Below, in pieces: positions 50,350 through 62,319 of a stretch of 64,000 bases of DNA; positions within the stretch are counted from its first letter, which is position 1, and each line of letters opens with the position of its first letter. The notes beneath the pieces are model-generated. The model was not told where the DNA came from and searched no databases. It saw nothing but the letters and a program-made list of their open reading frames with translations. The stretch is from an uncultured Acidobacteriota bacterium (GTDB lineage: Bacteria; Acidobacteriota; UBA6911), in NCBI GenBank assembly GCA_963843575.1, contig CAWJKZ010000013.1, positions 576,001 to 640,000 on the forward strand, written 5' to 3'. The position numbers and the translations under genes are program-made.

Positions 50350-51456
50350 TCAGGAAACCGCCGGGATACCGGCGGCGGGGGCGGAAGATGTGAAGCTCTG
50401 TTTGAGTTTCTCGGCCTGAAAGTGGGTTCCCAAGGCCTCGAGGATGCCCCCGATGTCCCCGTCGATGACTTGGCCGAGGTTGTACAGAGTCAACCCGATG
50501 CGGTGGTCGGTCAAGCGGTTCTGGGGGAAATTGTAGGTCCGGATCTTTTCGCTGCGGTCCCCGGAACCAACCTGGTTGCGACGGTTCTCGGCGATCGAAT
50601 TCTGCTGCTCCTGCAAGGCGATGTCGTACAGCCGCGAGCGGAGCACGCGCATGGCCTTCGCGCGGTTCTTGATCTGCGACTTTTCGTCCTGGCACGAGAC
50701 CACCAGTCCCGTGGGCAGGTGCGTGATGCGTACGGCGGAATAGGTGGTGTTGACGGACTGGCCGCCCGGACCCGAGGAACAGAAGGTGTCGATGCGGATG
50801 TCCTTGGGATCCACCACCACTTCGACCTCGTCCGCCTCCGGCAACACCGCCACCGTGACCGCCGAGGTGTGGACGCGCCCGCTCGCCTCGGTTTCCGGCA
50901 CCCGCTGCACCCGGTGCACGCCGCTCTCGTACTTGAGCTTCGAGTAGACGCGCTCGCCCTCGACCATGGCGATGATTTCCTTGTAGCCGCCCACCTCGGA
51001 GCCGTGCTCCTCCATGATCTCGACCTTCCAGCCGTAACCCTCGGCGAAGCGCGAGTACATCCGGAAGAGTTCCGCCGCGAAAAGCGTCGCCTCGTTCCCG
51101 CCGGTGCCGGCGCGGATCTCGAGGAGCACGTTCTTCTCGTCGTTCGGGTCTTTCGGCATGAGCAGCAGCTGGAGTTCCTTCTGACAGATTTCCGCCCGGC
51201 CCTGAAGGACGGCCAGTTCCTCCTCGGCGAGCTGCCGCATCTCCGGATCGGTCTCGCTCTCCAGGAGCCCCCGGGTCTGCTCGATCCCGCCGAGGATATC
51301 CTTGTACTCCCGAAACTTGTCGACGATGCCGCTCAGTTCCGCGTGAGCCTTGGCCTGCTTCTGGTAGGTGGCGGCGTGCGTCAGGACCGCAGGGTCCGCA
51401 AGGGAGCGGTTCAGCTCTTCGAATCTCTGTTCAAGCGCGTTCAGTTTGTCAATCAT
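50350..51456 (-). CDS. prfA: Peptide chain release factor 1
   Basis: [14 protein letters not shown] (PxT), GPGGQSVN and IRTYNFPQ. Confidence 0.97.
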   Translation of the reverse strand: MIDKLNALEQRFEELNRSLADPAVLTHAATYQKQAKAHAELSGIVDKFREYKDILGGIEQTRGLLESETDPEMRQLAEEELAVLQGRAEICQKELQLLLMPKDPNDEKNVLLEIRAGTGGNEATLFAAELFRMYSRFAEGYGWKVEIMEEHGSEVGGYKEIIAMVEGERVYSKLKYESGVHRVQRVPETEASGRVHTSAVTVAVLPEADEVEVVVDPKDIRIDTFCSSGPGGQSVNTTYSAVRITHLPTGLVVSCQDEKSQIKNRAKAMRVLRSRLYDIALQEQQNSIAENRRNQVGSGDRSEKIRTYNFPQNRLTDHRIGLTLYNLGQVIDGDIGGILEALGTHFQAEKLKQSFTSSAPAAGIPAVS

Positions 51457-51520
51457 GCGATCGGTCCGGCTGGAGAAGGTGGAGAGGTTTGTGCGATGAA
51501 GGTGGTTGCGGGAAGACCCG

Positions 51521-52483
51521 CTAAGCCGCAGCCTGCGCCTCGCGGCTCTTCGCGAGGTCGAGTTCGAGCGCTTCCTTGAGCGCCAGGATGGCGACTTCCA
51601 GCTGGTCGTCCGACGGCTCCTTGGTGGTGATGCGCTGAAGCGCAAGGCCGGGGGCGACGATAGCCTTGAAGATACCCCGCCGGCACCGGGGCGCCGACAG
51701 CCGGATGAGTTCGTACGAGATCCCCGAGATCACCGGGATCAGCACCAGCCTCGAGAGGAAGATCACGAGGAACGACTGGAACTTGAAGAGGGAGAACACG
51801 ACGATGCTGACCACCATGACGAAGAGCAGGAAACTGGTGCCGCAGCGCGGGTGCAGCGTCGAATGCCGCCGGGCGTTGTCGACCGTCAGCTCCTCGCCCG
51901 CCTCCCACGTGTAGACGACCTTGTGCTCCGCACCGTGGTACTGGAACACGCGCCTGATGTCCTTCATCAGGCTGATTGCGAGGATGTAGGCCAGGAAGAA
52001 GACCACGCGGATGAGGCCGTCCACCAGGTTGAAGACAACCCAGTTATGGACCGCGTAAAAGTAGCCTTTCAACCAGGTCGTGATCCAGAGCGGCGCGAGG
52101 ATGAACAGGAGCACCGCCACCGCCCCGGCCGAGACCATCGAGAACAGGACGGGCCAGAACTCCCCACCCTTTTTCCGGGCGGTCTGGACCTTCTCCGGTT
52201 CAGCATCCTGCATGGCCGCGGTGAAGGAGTAGTTCAGGGTACGAATCCCCAGGGCCAGGGACTGGACCAGCACGGCAAAACCGCGGACCACGGGCCACGA
52301 CAACGGCTTCCAGAACTCGGAAAGCCGACGCACCGGTTCTTTCTTGACTGCCAGGCTCCCGTCAGCGCGACGCACCGCCACCGCATAGGCGTGCGGCGTG
52401 CGCATCATGACCCCTTCGATGACGGCCTGACCGCCGACCAGGATGTCTTCGGGGGAGGAGGACTTCGCTTCGGTTCGCGGCAT
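51521..52483 (-). CDS. DUF1385 membrane protein
   Basis: [21 protein letters not shown] and HPRCGTSF; lies between rpmE and prfA. Confidence 0.92.
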   Translation of the reverse strand: MPRTEAKSSSPEDILVGGQAVIEGVMMRTPHAYAVAVRRADGSLAVKKEPVRRLSEFWKPLSWPVVRGFAVLVQSLALGIRTLNYSFTAAMQDAEPEKVQTARKKGGEFWPVLFSMVSAGAVAVLLFILAPLWITTWLKGYFYAVHNWVVFNLVDGLIRVVFFLAYILAISLMKDIRRVFQYHGAEHKVVYTWEAGEELTVDNARRHSTLHPRCGTSFLLFVMVVSIVVFSLFKFQSFLVIFLSRLVLIPVISGISYELIRLSAPRCRRGIFKAIVAPGLALQRITTKEPSDDQLEVAILALKEALELDLAKSREAQAAA

Positions 52484-52491
52484 TGGGACCC

Positions 52492-52713
52492 TCAAGCGCC
52501 GGGCGCTTTGCCTGGCTCCAGCTTGTACTTCCTCTGGAACTTCTCGATGCGTCCCGCCGTGTCGATCAGCTTCTGCTTGCCCGTGAAGAACGGGTGACAG
52601 GCCGAGCAGATGTCCATGCGGATTTCCGCCTTGGTCGAACGGGTCTCGAACCTGTTGCCGCAGGCGCAGCTTACCATCACGTTGTGGTACTTCGGGTGAA
52701 TTCCCTCTTTCAT
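52492..52713 (-). CDS. rpmE: 50S ribosomal protein L31 (zinc-binding type)
   Basis: [13 protein letters not shown] and [13 protein letters not shown]. Confidence 0.97.
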   Translation of the reverse strand: MKEGIHPKYHNVMVSCACGNRFETRSTKAEIRMDICSACHPFFTGKQKLIDTAGRIEKFQRKYKLEPGKAPGA

Positions 52714-52826
52714 TGTCAACCTCTGTGATACGGGGCTCGGCCCGCAAAGTTAAATGGTTAGTTTACCTCAACGCTTCCCCGGAACCAAGGTCTAAGAAGA
52801 ACGCACACCCCGTGGGTGGGGCTTCA

Positions 52827-52956
52827 GAGGCTGTCCAACGGTGATTGTGAAGTGCGGCGGCTCAACGCCGCCAAAGGCCGAGGTCGCAGGGGTCGCATCT
52901 CGCAATTCGGCGTGGCGCCGAGGCGCCGCACTTCACAATCACCGTTGGACAGCCTC
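52827..52956. mobile_element. 130-bp MITE with perfect 33-bp terminal inverted repeats and TTCA target duplication, inserted in a REP
   Basis: GAGGCTGTCCAACGGTGATTGTGAAGTGCGGCG...CGCCGCACTTCACAATCACCGTTGGACAGCCTC; TTCA at 52823-52826 and 52957-52960. Confidence 0.85.
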
Positions 52957-52985
52957 TTCAGCCCGGACGCACGGGTTCTTTGAAT

Positions 52986-55775
52986 TCAGGGTCGGGCCGG
53001 GACGGCCTTTCCGAGATAGATGCCGTTGAACAGGAACTTGAAGCTCCCGTGTGGCTGGGCGCGGAAGGCGATCTCGGGTCCGAACAGAAACACCTTCCCC
53101 TTGCCGATGCCGGCCTCGACCACGGCCACCCCCTGGTCCAGGTAGCCTTGGCCCCACGCCCAGCCGCTGCGCAGCGGCTGGGGCGTGTCGAACCAGGCGA
53201 CCGGTATCGTGCCGGCCATCGCCGCGGCCGGGCGGAGCCGAAACACCGGGCTGTTGTCGAAAAACAGGTCGACGTGTTCGGCGAGCCCGTAGGCCAGGGG
53301 GTTTAGCGTGTCGACCCGCGTCCGCAGCAACGAACCGGGCACGTAGAATTTTTCACGGGTCAGCGGCCGCTCCGCGCCGCCGGCCAGCCTCTCGGTCAAC
53401 GCGTTTGACAGGGGCAGACCCGCCGCATAGGCAAACGCCGTCGAGGACCCGATGGCCAGGAGCGTCCCTCCCTCCTCGACGAACTTCTTCAACTCCGGGA
53501 CGGTTGCGGCCAGCGTCACGCTTCCGAGACGGTCCTGGTACTCGGCAGGCACCTGTGCCCGATCCGGCTGGTCGGACGGCCGGGTGGCGTAATCCTCGCC
53601 GGTGCGGGCCGGGGGTATGGCCCCGGTGGGGAAGATAAGGACGTCGAACCGCGACGCGAGGCTCCCGCGGTCGAGTTGCTGGGGGTAGACCACTTCGAAG
53701 GGGAACTCGAACTGCTCCAGCAGCCAGCGGAGCCAGCCCGAGGGCATCGAGCCGCCGTAGCGGTCCCACAGACCGATGCGCACCGGGCGGAGTTTCAGCG
53801 CGTCGCCGGCGGGCGTGGCAGCCACCGCCTCGAAATGCAGCGACAGTTCCCCGGCCAGCACTCGGACGCGCGCGGCGGTCGTGGCCTTCTCCGGGATGAA
53901 CATGGTCCCGGGGGGCTGCGGCTTGCCGTCGAGCGAAACCGGGGTCTTCAGCCAGTAGGCTTCCTCCCCGGCGGCGAGAAGGCGGTTGAGGGCGACGAAG
54001 GCGTCGTTGACCCTGTGGCTCAGGAGGTACCCCGCGCCGCCGGGCGACCCCGTCACCCGCCCCGGCGGGGCCTGCGCGAAGCCGCGGATCTTCTCGAAGG
54101 GGCCGTCAAAACCCTCGAGCACCCGGTCGAATTCCACCCCCATCTGCAGCGCCAGCGTCCAGCCGGCGCTATCGTAAGGCGGTTTGGGCGGCCCGCCGGG
54201 GTAGGGGATGTCATCGGGGTGGTCCTGCGGTTCGAACATGTCCAGCACGTGCGGCCGGAAGGCTTGCGCCGACTTGACCACGAACGACCGGGCCGGATAG
54301 ATTTTGCCGGCGGTCTGGAAGGGCCGCGACGCCTGGTGCACGGTGATGCCTGTCTTGATCAGCGCGTTCACGAACTTCGTCGCGGTCAGGAAATCCGGTT
54401 GGTCGGAGGGGATGATGAAGCCTCGCGGGTCGCGGCGGGCCGGCTCCTTCAGGGCGTCGTAGTACTTCAGCGGTGCCTGGCTCGAGGCGCGCTCCGGCCC
54501 GGCCGGGCGGCCGCCGTCCTCCCGTTCCCGGGCAAACGCTTCCTGGGCGGCCGCGATCATGCGCGGCCGGAAAGTCCACGTGTCGCGGCTTCCCCGTTCG
54601 ATGGAGTTGCGTCCCATCCGGAAGATGTTGAACAGAAACTCCTCGCGGTATCTCGAGGCGACGTCGAGAACGGCGCGGTCCGCCGTCACCGAGTAGTCGA
54701 TCGACTGGCGGAAGTGCCACGCCTGGGGCGCGATCGGGGCAGGCAGATCGCCGCGGGCGAGCTGGTTCTGGAGGACGAGCGGGATGGTGACGGGGGTGGG
54801 GCTGCCGATGGCCTCCGTCAGCAGGCCGATCATGTTGTGGAAATAGACCGTGGTGCGCAGCCCGCCGTTCCACCAGGTGGAGTAGTTGGAGCCGGAGCGC
54901 ATCGTGGCCCCGGGTTTCCCCTCCGCGACGAACCGGTTGTGCATGGCGGCCGCAACCAGGTCGATCCCCAGAGGCACCAGCGGGTCGAAGTAATAGTTGA
55001 AGGGGTCGCGAAACGGCGGGGCGAACAGGACCGTGCCGGCCGGGCCGCTCTGGTGGTGGTTGTAGACGATCTGCGGGAACCATTCCATGTAAAAGACCCG
55101 GTTGATCGCCTCCGTCTCGGGCTGGCTCGAGAGGTAGAAGTCGCGGTTGTTGTCGTGTCCGATGTACTTGTGGTAGAGACGGGGAAGCCCGGCCAGAGTG
55201 CGTTTCAGGGGATCCTGCTCCCGCATGTACCAGTCGGCGACCAGCTCCAGCCCGTCCGGGTTGACGCAAGCCGCAAGCAGGATGTCGTCGCTGAGCAGGC
55301 GCAGTGTCTCGGGGTCGTTCATGCTGACCATCTGGTAGACGATCTCCATCAGGTGCTGCGATCCGAGCACCTCGGTCGCGTGCAGCCCGCCGTCGACCCA
55401 GACCACGGCCTTCCCCTCGCGGGCCAGCGCGCGGGCGTCGGGCTCGGCGAGGTCTTCGGCCAAGGCCAGCCGCTTTGCGATCTCGCGATAGCGGGCCAGC
55501 TTCTTCTGGTTCTCGGGGGAGGTGACGATCGCCAGCGCGATGGGGCGCCCCTCGGCGGTCTTGCCGATGTCCACCACGGTCAGGCGGTCGGATTCCCGGT
55601 CGAGCTTCCTCCAGTACTCGAGCAACCGCGTGTAGTTGATCAACTGGTAGTCGTCCCCCACGTTGAAGCCGAACTGCTCCCGGGGGCTGGTCGGCTTCGG
55701 CTGTGCGGGCGCTGCGTTTGCGAGCAGCGCGCTCAAGACTGGGACGATGAGGCAGCGTTGCGGCCAGGTGCTCAC
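52986..55775 (-). CDS. Exported M14 zinc carboxypeptidase-family protein
   Basis: Signal peptide; GLHATE, NPDG, HDNNRD and HHQ zinc motifs; glutamine-amidotransferase-like C-terminus. Confidence 0.88.
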   Translation of the reverse strand: MSTWPQRCLIVPVLSALLANAAPAQPKPTSPREQFGFNVGDDYQLINYTRLLEYWRKLDRESDRLTVVDIGKTAEGRPIALAIVTSPENQKKLARYREIAKRLALAEDLAEPDARALAREGKAVVWVDGGLHATEVLGSQHLMEIVYQMVSMNDPETLRLLSDDILLAACVNPDGLELVADWYMREQDPLKRTLAGLPRLYHKYIGHDNNRDFYLSSQPETEAINRVFYMEWFPQIVYNHHQSGPAGTVLFAPPFRDPFNYYFDPLVPLGIDLVAAAMHNRFVAEGKPGATMRSGSNYSTWWNGGLRTTVYFHNMIGLLTEAIGSPTPVTIPLVLQNQLARGDLPAPIAPQAWHFRQSIDYSVTADRAVLDVASRYREEFLFNIFRMGRNSIERGSRDTWTFRPRMIAAAQEAFAREREDGGRPAGPERASSQAPLKYYDALKEPARRDPRGFIIPSDQPDFLTATKFVNALIKTGITVHQASRPFQTAGKIYPARSFVVKSAQAFRPHVLDMFEPQDHPDDIPYPGGPPKPPYDSAGWTLALQMGVEFDRVLEGFDGPFEKIRGFAQAPPGRVTGSPGGAGYLLSHRVNDAFVALNRLLAAGEEAYWLKTPVSLDGKPQPPGTMFIPEKATTAARVRVLAGELSLHFEAVAATPAGDALKLRPVRIGLWDRYGGSMPSGWLRWLLEQFEFPFEVVYPQQLDRGSLASRFDVLIFPTGAIPPARTGEDYATRPSDQPDRAQVPAEYQDRLGSVTLAATVPELKKFVEEGGTLLAIGSSTAFAYAAGLPLSNALTERLAGGAERPLTREKFYVPGSLLRTRVDTLNPLAYGLAEHVDLFFDNSPVFRLRPAAAMAGTIPVAWFDTPQPLRSGWAWGQGYLDQGVAVVEAGIGKGKVFLFGPEIAFRAQPHGSFKFLFNGIYLGKAVPARP

Positions 55776-55875
55776 GGGGGTCTCCTCGCGTCGGCTGGTG
55801 CGGGGCGTGCGGGACCGCCGGGGCAGGCGTTCCCGACGGGCCTCGTCAGCGCCCGACGCACCACACCAGGGTTTT

Positions 55876-57063
55876 TTACGGAACGGGGCAGCGTAGCCTA
55901 CCGGGGATGCGAAACGCAAGGACGCTCACCAGCGCGACCAGAACGGCGGCGGCATAAAAGGGCATGGCCCGTCCGAGGTGCTGGTAGGCTAAGGTGGCCA
56001 TGACCGGGGCAGCCATCCTGGCCACCCCGCCGTAGGTCTGCGCGATCCCCATCGTCTCTCCCAGGCTGGCCTTGTCGGATTCCCGCGACATGAGCGCCGT
56101 CGTGGAGGGGAACAGGAGGGCGGTGCCGACCGACATAAAAGGCATGATCGCCGCCAGGAGCCAGAGGCTGCCCGCAAAAGGATAGGCCGCCAGCCCGGCG
56201 ACGAGCGACAGGGTGCCGAGGCGCATCGCCCACGTTTCCCCGAAGCGATCGACGATGGGGCCGAGGCAGAGCGAGCGCATCACGAGCGAGAGCAGCCCCA
56301 CATAGAGGAAGACGTACCCGATCGTGTTTTCCGTGAAGCCGAACTCGGCCCCGAGATACAGGGAGAGCACCGACGTGAAGCCCGAGAAGGCCAGCATGCC
56401 GACCGCGTAGATCCAGATGAGACGCGGCACCGCGCCCGCCGGGCGCACGAGGATGCCCCAGGCCGCCTTCCACACGGAGCGCGCACCGCGCGCGGGCCCC
56501 CCCACACCGGGCACGGAGACGCGCGACTCCGGGAGCCACCGCCATGCGAAGCCGACGTTGACCAGGCAGAGCGCCGCCGCCACCAAGCCCGGCGCCTGCC
56601 GACCGAGGCTCGCGGCGAAGGATCCGATCACGGGCCCGACCATGATGCCGGCCGACGTGGCGGCGGAAAGCCAGCCGAGCGCACGCGCCCGGTCCCCGGG
56701 GCTCACCGTGTCGGCCACATACGCCTGGGCCACCCCGGTCGTCCCGCCGCCGGCGCCCTGGATGATACGCGAGGCAAACAGCAACCAGACCCTCGTGGCG
56801 AGCCCGAAGACCGTGTACGCCAGCGCCGACGCGCCCAGTCCGATCAGCAGGGCCGGACGCCGGCCGTAACGGTCCGAGACCCGGCCCCAGAGCGGCGCCG
56901 AGACGAGTTGCGCGAGCGAGAACGAGGAGAGGATCAGGCCGATGACGACGGGGGAAGCCTTCAGGTCGAGCGCATAGAACGGCAGCAGCGGCAGGATCAT
57001 GGCAAAGCCGATCATGTCGACGCAGTTCGCCGCCATCAGGATCGACAGCCTGCGGAGTTGCAT
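55876..57063 (-). CDS. MFS transporter (TetA/DHA1-like)
   Basis: ILPLLPFY, motif A GRVSDRYGRRP and AQAYVAD. Confidence 0.92.
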   Translation of the reverse strand: MQLRRLSILMAANCVDMIGFAMILPLLPFYALDLKASPVVIGLILSSFSLAQLVSAPLWGRVSDRYGRRPALLIGLGASALAYTVFGLATRVWLLFASRIIQGAGGGTTGVAQAYVADTVSPGDRARALGWLSAATSAGIMVGPVIGSFAASLGRQAPGLVAAALCLVNVGFAWRWLPESRVSVPGVGGPARGARSVWKAAWGILVRPAGAVPRLIWIYAVGMLAFSGFTSVLSLYLGAEFGFTENTIGYVFLYVGLLSLVMRSLCLGPIVDRFGETWAMRLGTLSLVAGLAAYPFAGSLWLLAAIMPFMSVGTALLFPSTTALMSRESDKASLGETMGIAQTYGGVARMAAPVMATLAYQHLGRAMPFYAAAVLVALVSVLAFRIPGRLRCPVP

Positions 57064-57104
57064 GCGCGCATCGTCCACCGGTTCGGCTCCAGGTTGGTGC
57101 GGCC

Positions 57105-58022
57105 TCAATCCCGCATCCAGAGGGCGCCCGAGCCGGGCGACGGCCGGACCCCTCGGGAGGCGAGGATCCAGGCAGTCGACAACAGCAGGGCAATGGTGCA
57201 CAGCAGCCCGCCTTCCGGTCCGTACGCTCCCCCGGTGACCCACTCCGGCCCTCCCTGGCCGGACCGCATCACGGGGTGCGAGACGCGCAGACCGCTTACC
57301 GCAAATCCGAAGAGATACGCCATGAAGAAGTTCCAGGACAGGTGCAGCGCCGTCGGCAGCCAGAGCGACCTCGTCTTCAGGTATGCGGCCGCAAGCCACG
57401 CGCCCGCGAGCATGGTGTTGATCATGCTGAAGACGCCGACGTGCGGATTCATGACGTGGCCCAGGCCGAAGAGCACCGAGGTCGCCGCCACGGCCGCGAC
57501 CCGCCCCGCGCCGTCGACAAGCGCCTGAAACACGTACCCGCGCGCCAAGGTCTCTTCCAGCGCCGCGGCGCAGGTGAAGGTGGCCAGATAGAGACCTCCG
57601 TCGCGCAGCAGCGCTCCCCACTCCGCGCCGGCGAACTCTACCGGGGCCCAGCCGGCGGCGGCCTCGACGGCCCAGAGGGGCGCGATCATCACGAACCCGG
57701 CGCCCACCCCCTGCGCGAGCTCGACGAAAACCCTGCCGTGCAAGGCGAACCCCAGTTCGCGGAACGGGCGCCGGTCGACCACTCGGATCACGACGAAGGC
57801 GCTCCCCAGCGCGGCGGCCCAAAGGAGGGCATTGAGCAGGAGCAGGTAGCCCTCCTCGCCCCCGGACACGCTCGAGGCAAAGGCGCTGGCCGCGAGGGCG
57901 TGGTAGACCGCCAACGCGAGCTGGGCGAACAGCGCGGTCACCGCCGCGTAGATGCCGATGCGCCACCCGGCCCGGAGCCGGCCGCTGCTCTGGAGAAACA
58001 GTGGGTGTAAACGGGTCTTCAT
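57105..58022 (-). CDS. CPBP (CAAX protease-like) intramembrane metalloprotease
   Basis: EETLARGY, FGLGH, LHLSWN and GGAYGPEG. Confidence 0.92.
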   Translation of the reverse strand: MKTRLHPLFLQSSGRLRAGWRIGIYAAVTALFAQLALAVYHALAASAFASSVSGGEEGYLLLLNALLWAAALGSAFVVIRVVDRRPFRELGFALHGRVFVELAQGVGAGFVMIAPLWAVEAAAGWAPVEFAGAEWGALLRDGGLYLATFTCAAALEETLARGYVFQALVDGAGRVAAVAATSVLFGLGHVMNPHVGVFSMINTMLAGAWLAAAYLKTRSLWLPTALHLSWNFFMAYLFGFAVSGLRVSHPVMRSGQGGPEWVTGGAYGPEGGLLCTIALLLSTAWILASRGVRPSPGSGALWMRD

Positions 58023-58105
58023 GCGCGCGGGATTCGTCTCCGTGCCGGCGGCGGCGGGGGTGTCCCCGGGGCAGTTGCGGAATCGCAGGAAACGGTGAGC
58101 GGTGC

Positions 58106-58134
58106 TTGACTTGTGCCCGCGACTCGCGTATAAA
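58106..58134 (+). promoter_or_regulatory. Sigma70 promoter of rpsA
   Basis: TTGACT-17-TATAAA followed by an AT-rich leader and AGGAGG RBS. Confidence 0.75.
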
Positions 58135-58318
58135 TAGACGTTTATATCTCTAGTGATCTAAGGAATGTGGACCTTTGGATTCGATCCCAGCCGTTGTTCG
58201 GAATTCCTCGAGTAAGCTTTTACCATCTCACCCGGATCACAACGCCATTATAAGGGTTTTTGAGAAAATCCCGCATGCCGGTTTTACGCGCCGGCTCGGG
58301 TAAAAACAGGAGGATTGA

Positions 58319-60091
<1,773 letters not shown>

Positions 60092-60109
60092 CCGACGCCG
60101 GGCTGGGAC

Positions 60110-61016
60110 ATGCCGAACAAACGTTCGAATTCCCTGCTGTGGATTGTCGTGGGAGGGGGGGCCGCTGCTTCTGGCGGCCCTCTCCCTGATCGCCCTGCTT
60201 GTGTCGCTCGACGGAGGCCGCCGTCCCGGCTTTGCCTTCGGTTCGAACCAGATTGCCGTCCTGAACGTCGAAGGCATCATCCTGGATTCGAAAGATTTCA
60301 CCGACCAGCTCAAGGAATTCGGCTCGCGCCCCGGCGTGAAGGCGGTCGTGCTGCGCCTGAACACGCCCGGGGGGGGCGTGGCCGCCTCGCAGGAGATGTA
60401 CGAGGCCGTGCGCAAGTTCCGCGCCGACACCCGAAAGAAAGTGGTCGTCAGCATGTCGTCGGTCGCCGCCTCGGGCGGCTACTATGTCGCCTGTGCGGCC
60501 GACAAGGTGTTCGCCAACCCCGGCACCATCACCGGAAGCATCGGCGTGATCGCCGAGTGGTTCAACTACGGCGACCTGCTCCGCTGGGCCAAGATGGAGA
60601 GCATCGTCGTCAAGAGCGGCGCCCTGAAGGACGCCGGTTCACCCACGCGCCCCCTGACCGAAGCCGAGAGGGCCTACTTCCAAAGCCTGATCGACAACAT
60701 GTACAATCAGTTCGTGACCGCCGTGGCCTCCGGGCGCAGGATGGACCCGGCGGTGATCCGGCGGCTCGCGGACGGCCGCGTCTACACCGGGCAGGAGGCC
60801 AAGGCCAACGGGCTGGTCGACCAGTTGGGTACGCTGCAGGACGCCGTCGCCGACGCCGCCAAGATGGCCGGGATCAGCGGGGAACCGGATGTGGTGACCC
60901 CGCCGGAGAAGCGATTTTCGGTCCTCGACCTGCTGTTGGGCAACTCGCGCTCGGTCCTGAGCCTGAACCCCGACCGGTCAGAGTCTCACATACGGTTTCA
61001 ATACCTCTGGAGATAG
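60110..61016 (+). CDS. sppA: Signal peptide peptidase SppA, frameshift in a G run near 60155
   Basis: LRLNTPGG, AASGGYY, ITGSIGV and DGRVYTG; N-terminal anchor in another frame. Confidence 0.9.
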
Positions 61017-61022
61017 ACGGTA

Positions 61023-61298
61023 ATGACAAAAGCTGAGTTGGTTGAAGAAGTCGCGAACCAATCCGACTTGACCAAGAAGGACGCGGAGGTAATCGTCCAG
61101 ACGGTGCTCGACAGCATCACCGATTCGCTGCAGCGCGGCGAGAAAATCGAGTTGCGCGGTTTCGGCTCTTTCCGGATCCGCAACCGCTCGTCCCGCCAGG
61201 GGCGCAACCCCAAGACCGGGAGCGGCGTCTCGGTGCCCGCCAAGAAAGTGCCCTATTTCAAGCCGGGCAAGGAGATCAAGGATCTGATCAACCTCTGA
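61023..61298 (+). CDS. ihfB: Integration host factor beta / HU family protein
   Basis: MTKAELV, IELRGFGSF and GRNPKTG; follows rpsA-sppA. Confidence 0.88.
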   Translation: MTKAELVEEVANQSDLTKKDAEVIVQTVLDSITDSLQRGEKIELRGFGSFRIRNRSSRQGRNPKTGSGVSVPAKKVPYFKPGKEIKDLINL

Positions 61299-61804
61299 TG
61301 GACCACCTCTGGACGCCGTGGCGCTTTAACTACATCAACCAGATCGGCTCCGAGCAGGGGTGTGTCTTCTGCCGCATCCTCTCGGAGCCGCGCGACGATC
61401 AGAACTACGTCCTCGGCCGCCTCCGCCATTGCTTCACCATCCTGAACCTGTTCCCGTACACATCCGGACACATCCTGGTGGTGGCCAACCGCCACATCGC
61501 CCGCCTCGTCGACGCCAACATGGAAGAGCTCGGCGAGATGATCGGCGCGGCCCAGGCGTGCGAAGAGGCCCTGCGCACCGAGTATCAACCCGAAGGCCTC
61601 AACCTCGGGTTCAACGTGGGGCGGGCGGCCGGCGCCGGGGTCGAGCACCACCTGCACATGCACGTACTGCCGCGTTGGACCGGCGATTCGAATTTTGTCT
61701 CCGTCATATCGGAAACGCGCGTCCTGCCTGAGGAACTGCCCCGCACCTACGAGAGGCTCAAGCCCCACTTCGCCGCCCGGTCCCGGGAAGAGAGCCTGTT
61801 TTAG
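61298..61804 (+). CDS. HIT-family Ap4A hydrolase/phosphorylase
   Basis: LWTPWR, CVFC, NLFPYTSGH and AGAGVEHHLHMHVLPRW. Confidence 0.92.
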   Translation: MDHLWTPWRFNYINQIGSEQGCVFCRILSEPRDDQNYVLGRLRHCFTILNLFPYTSGHILVVANRHIARLVDANMEELGEMIGAAQACEEALRTEYQPEGLNLGFNVGRAAGAGVEHHLHMHVLPRWTGDSNFVSVISETRVLPEELPRTYERLKPHFAARSREESLF

Positions 61805-62215
61805 GGAGCCCGGACCGGACCGGGCCGAACACCCCCGGGGCGCAGGCGCGGCCGTCCCGGCCGTGCGCTCGCGCCCTCCGCGGGAGGGCGCCAAAACACA
61901 ATCAAATTTCCTATTTTCTGAGCGCGCCGCACCCCGTTTTCCGGGTCCCCGTGGTGCCCCGCATCCTGCCTGCCTGCGGTGCGTGCAATGGCGTGAAACC
62001 CAGTATTGGCGCTGGTTTCACGCCTCCATCCCCACTCGAACGGGTTTTGTTTTTTTTTATTGCATGTGCGGAACCCGGTATGCTACTTTTCCGCCCGTTG
62101 TTGAGAGCAAATGCTTCGCGCCAGCATCGAGGGTGGCCTAACGAACCCACAGAACGTGAGAACGCGCGGGCAGCAGGAATGAGTTGGCCTGCTGTTCAGG
62201 GTGCTACGTGTCTAT

Positions 62216-62247
62216 TTTTCCACAGCTGTGTATAAACCTGTGGAAAT
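62216..62247. promoter_or_regulatory. DnaA boxes upstream of dnaA (oriC1 / autoregulation)
   Basis: TTTTCCACA (62216), TGTGTATAA (62227) and TGTGGAAAT (62239). Confidence 0.8.
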
Positions 62248-62319
62248 CCGGAGCGCACCGAAGAAGATTAGCCCTCATACATACGGATCAATCATCGGCA
62301 CTGTCGGGCAACTTCCGGT

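Noticed and set aside
55876-57966. 696-aa MFS ORF
   Set aside because: The N-terminal extension overlaps the CPBP gene; the real start is at 57063
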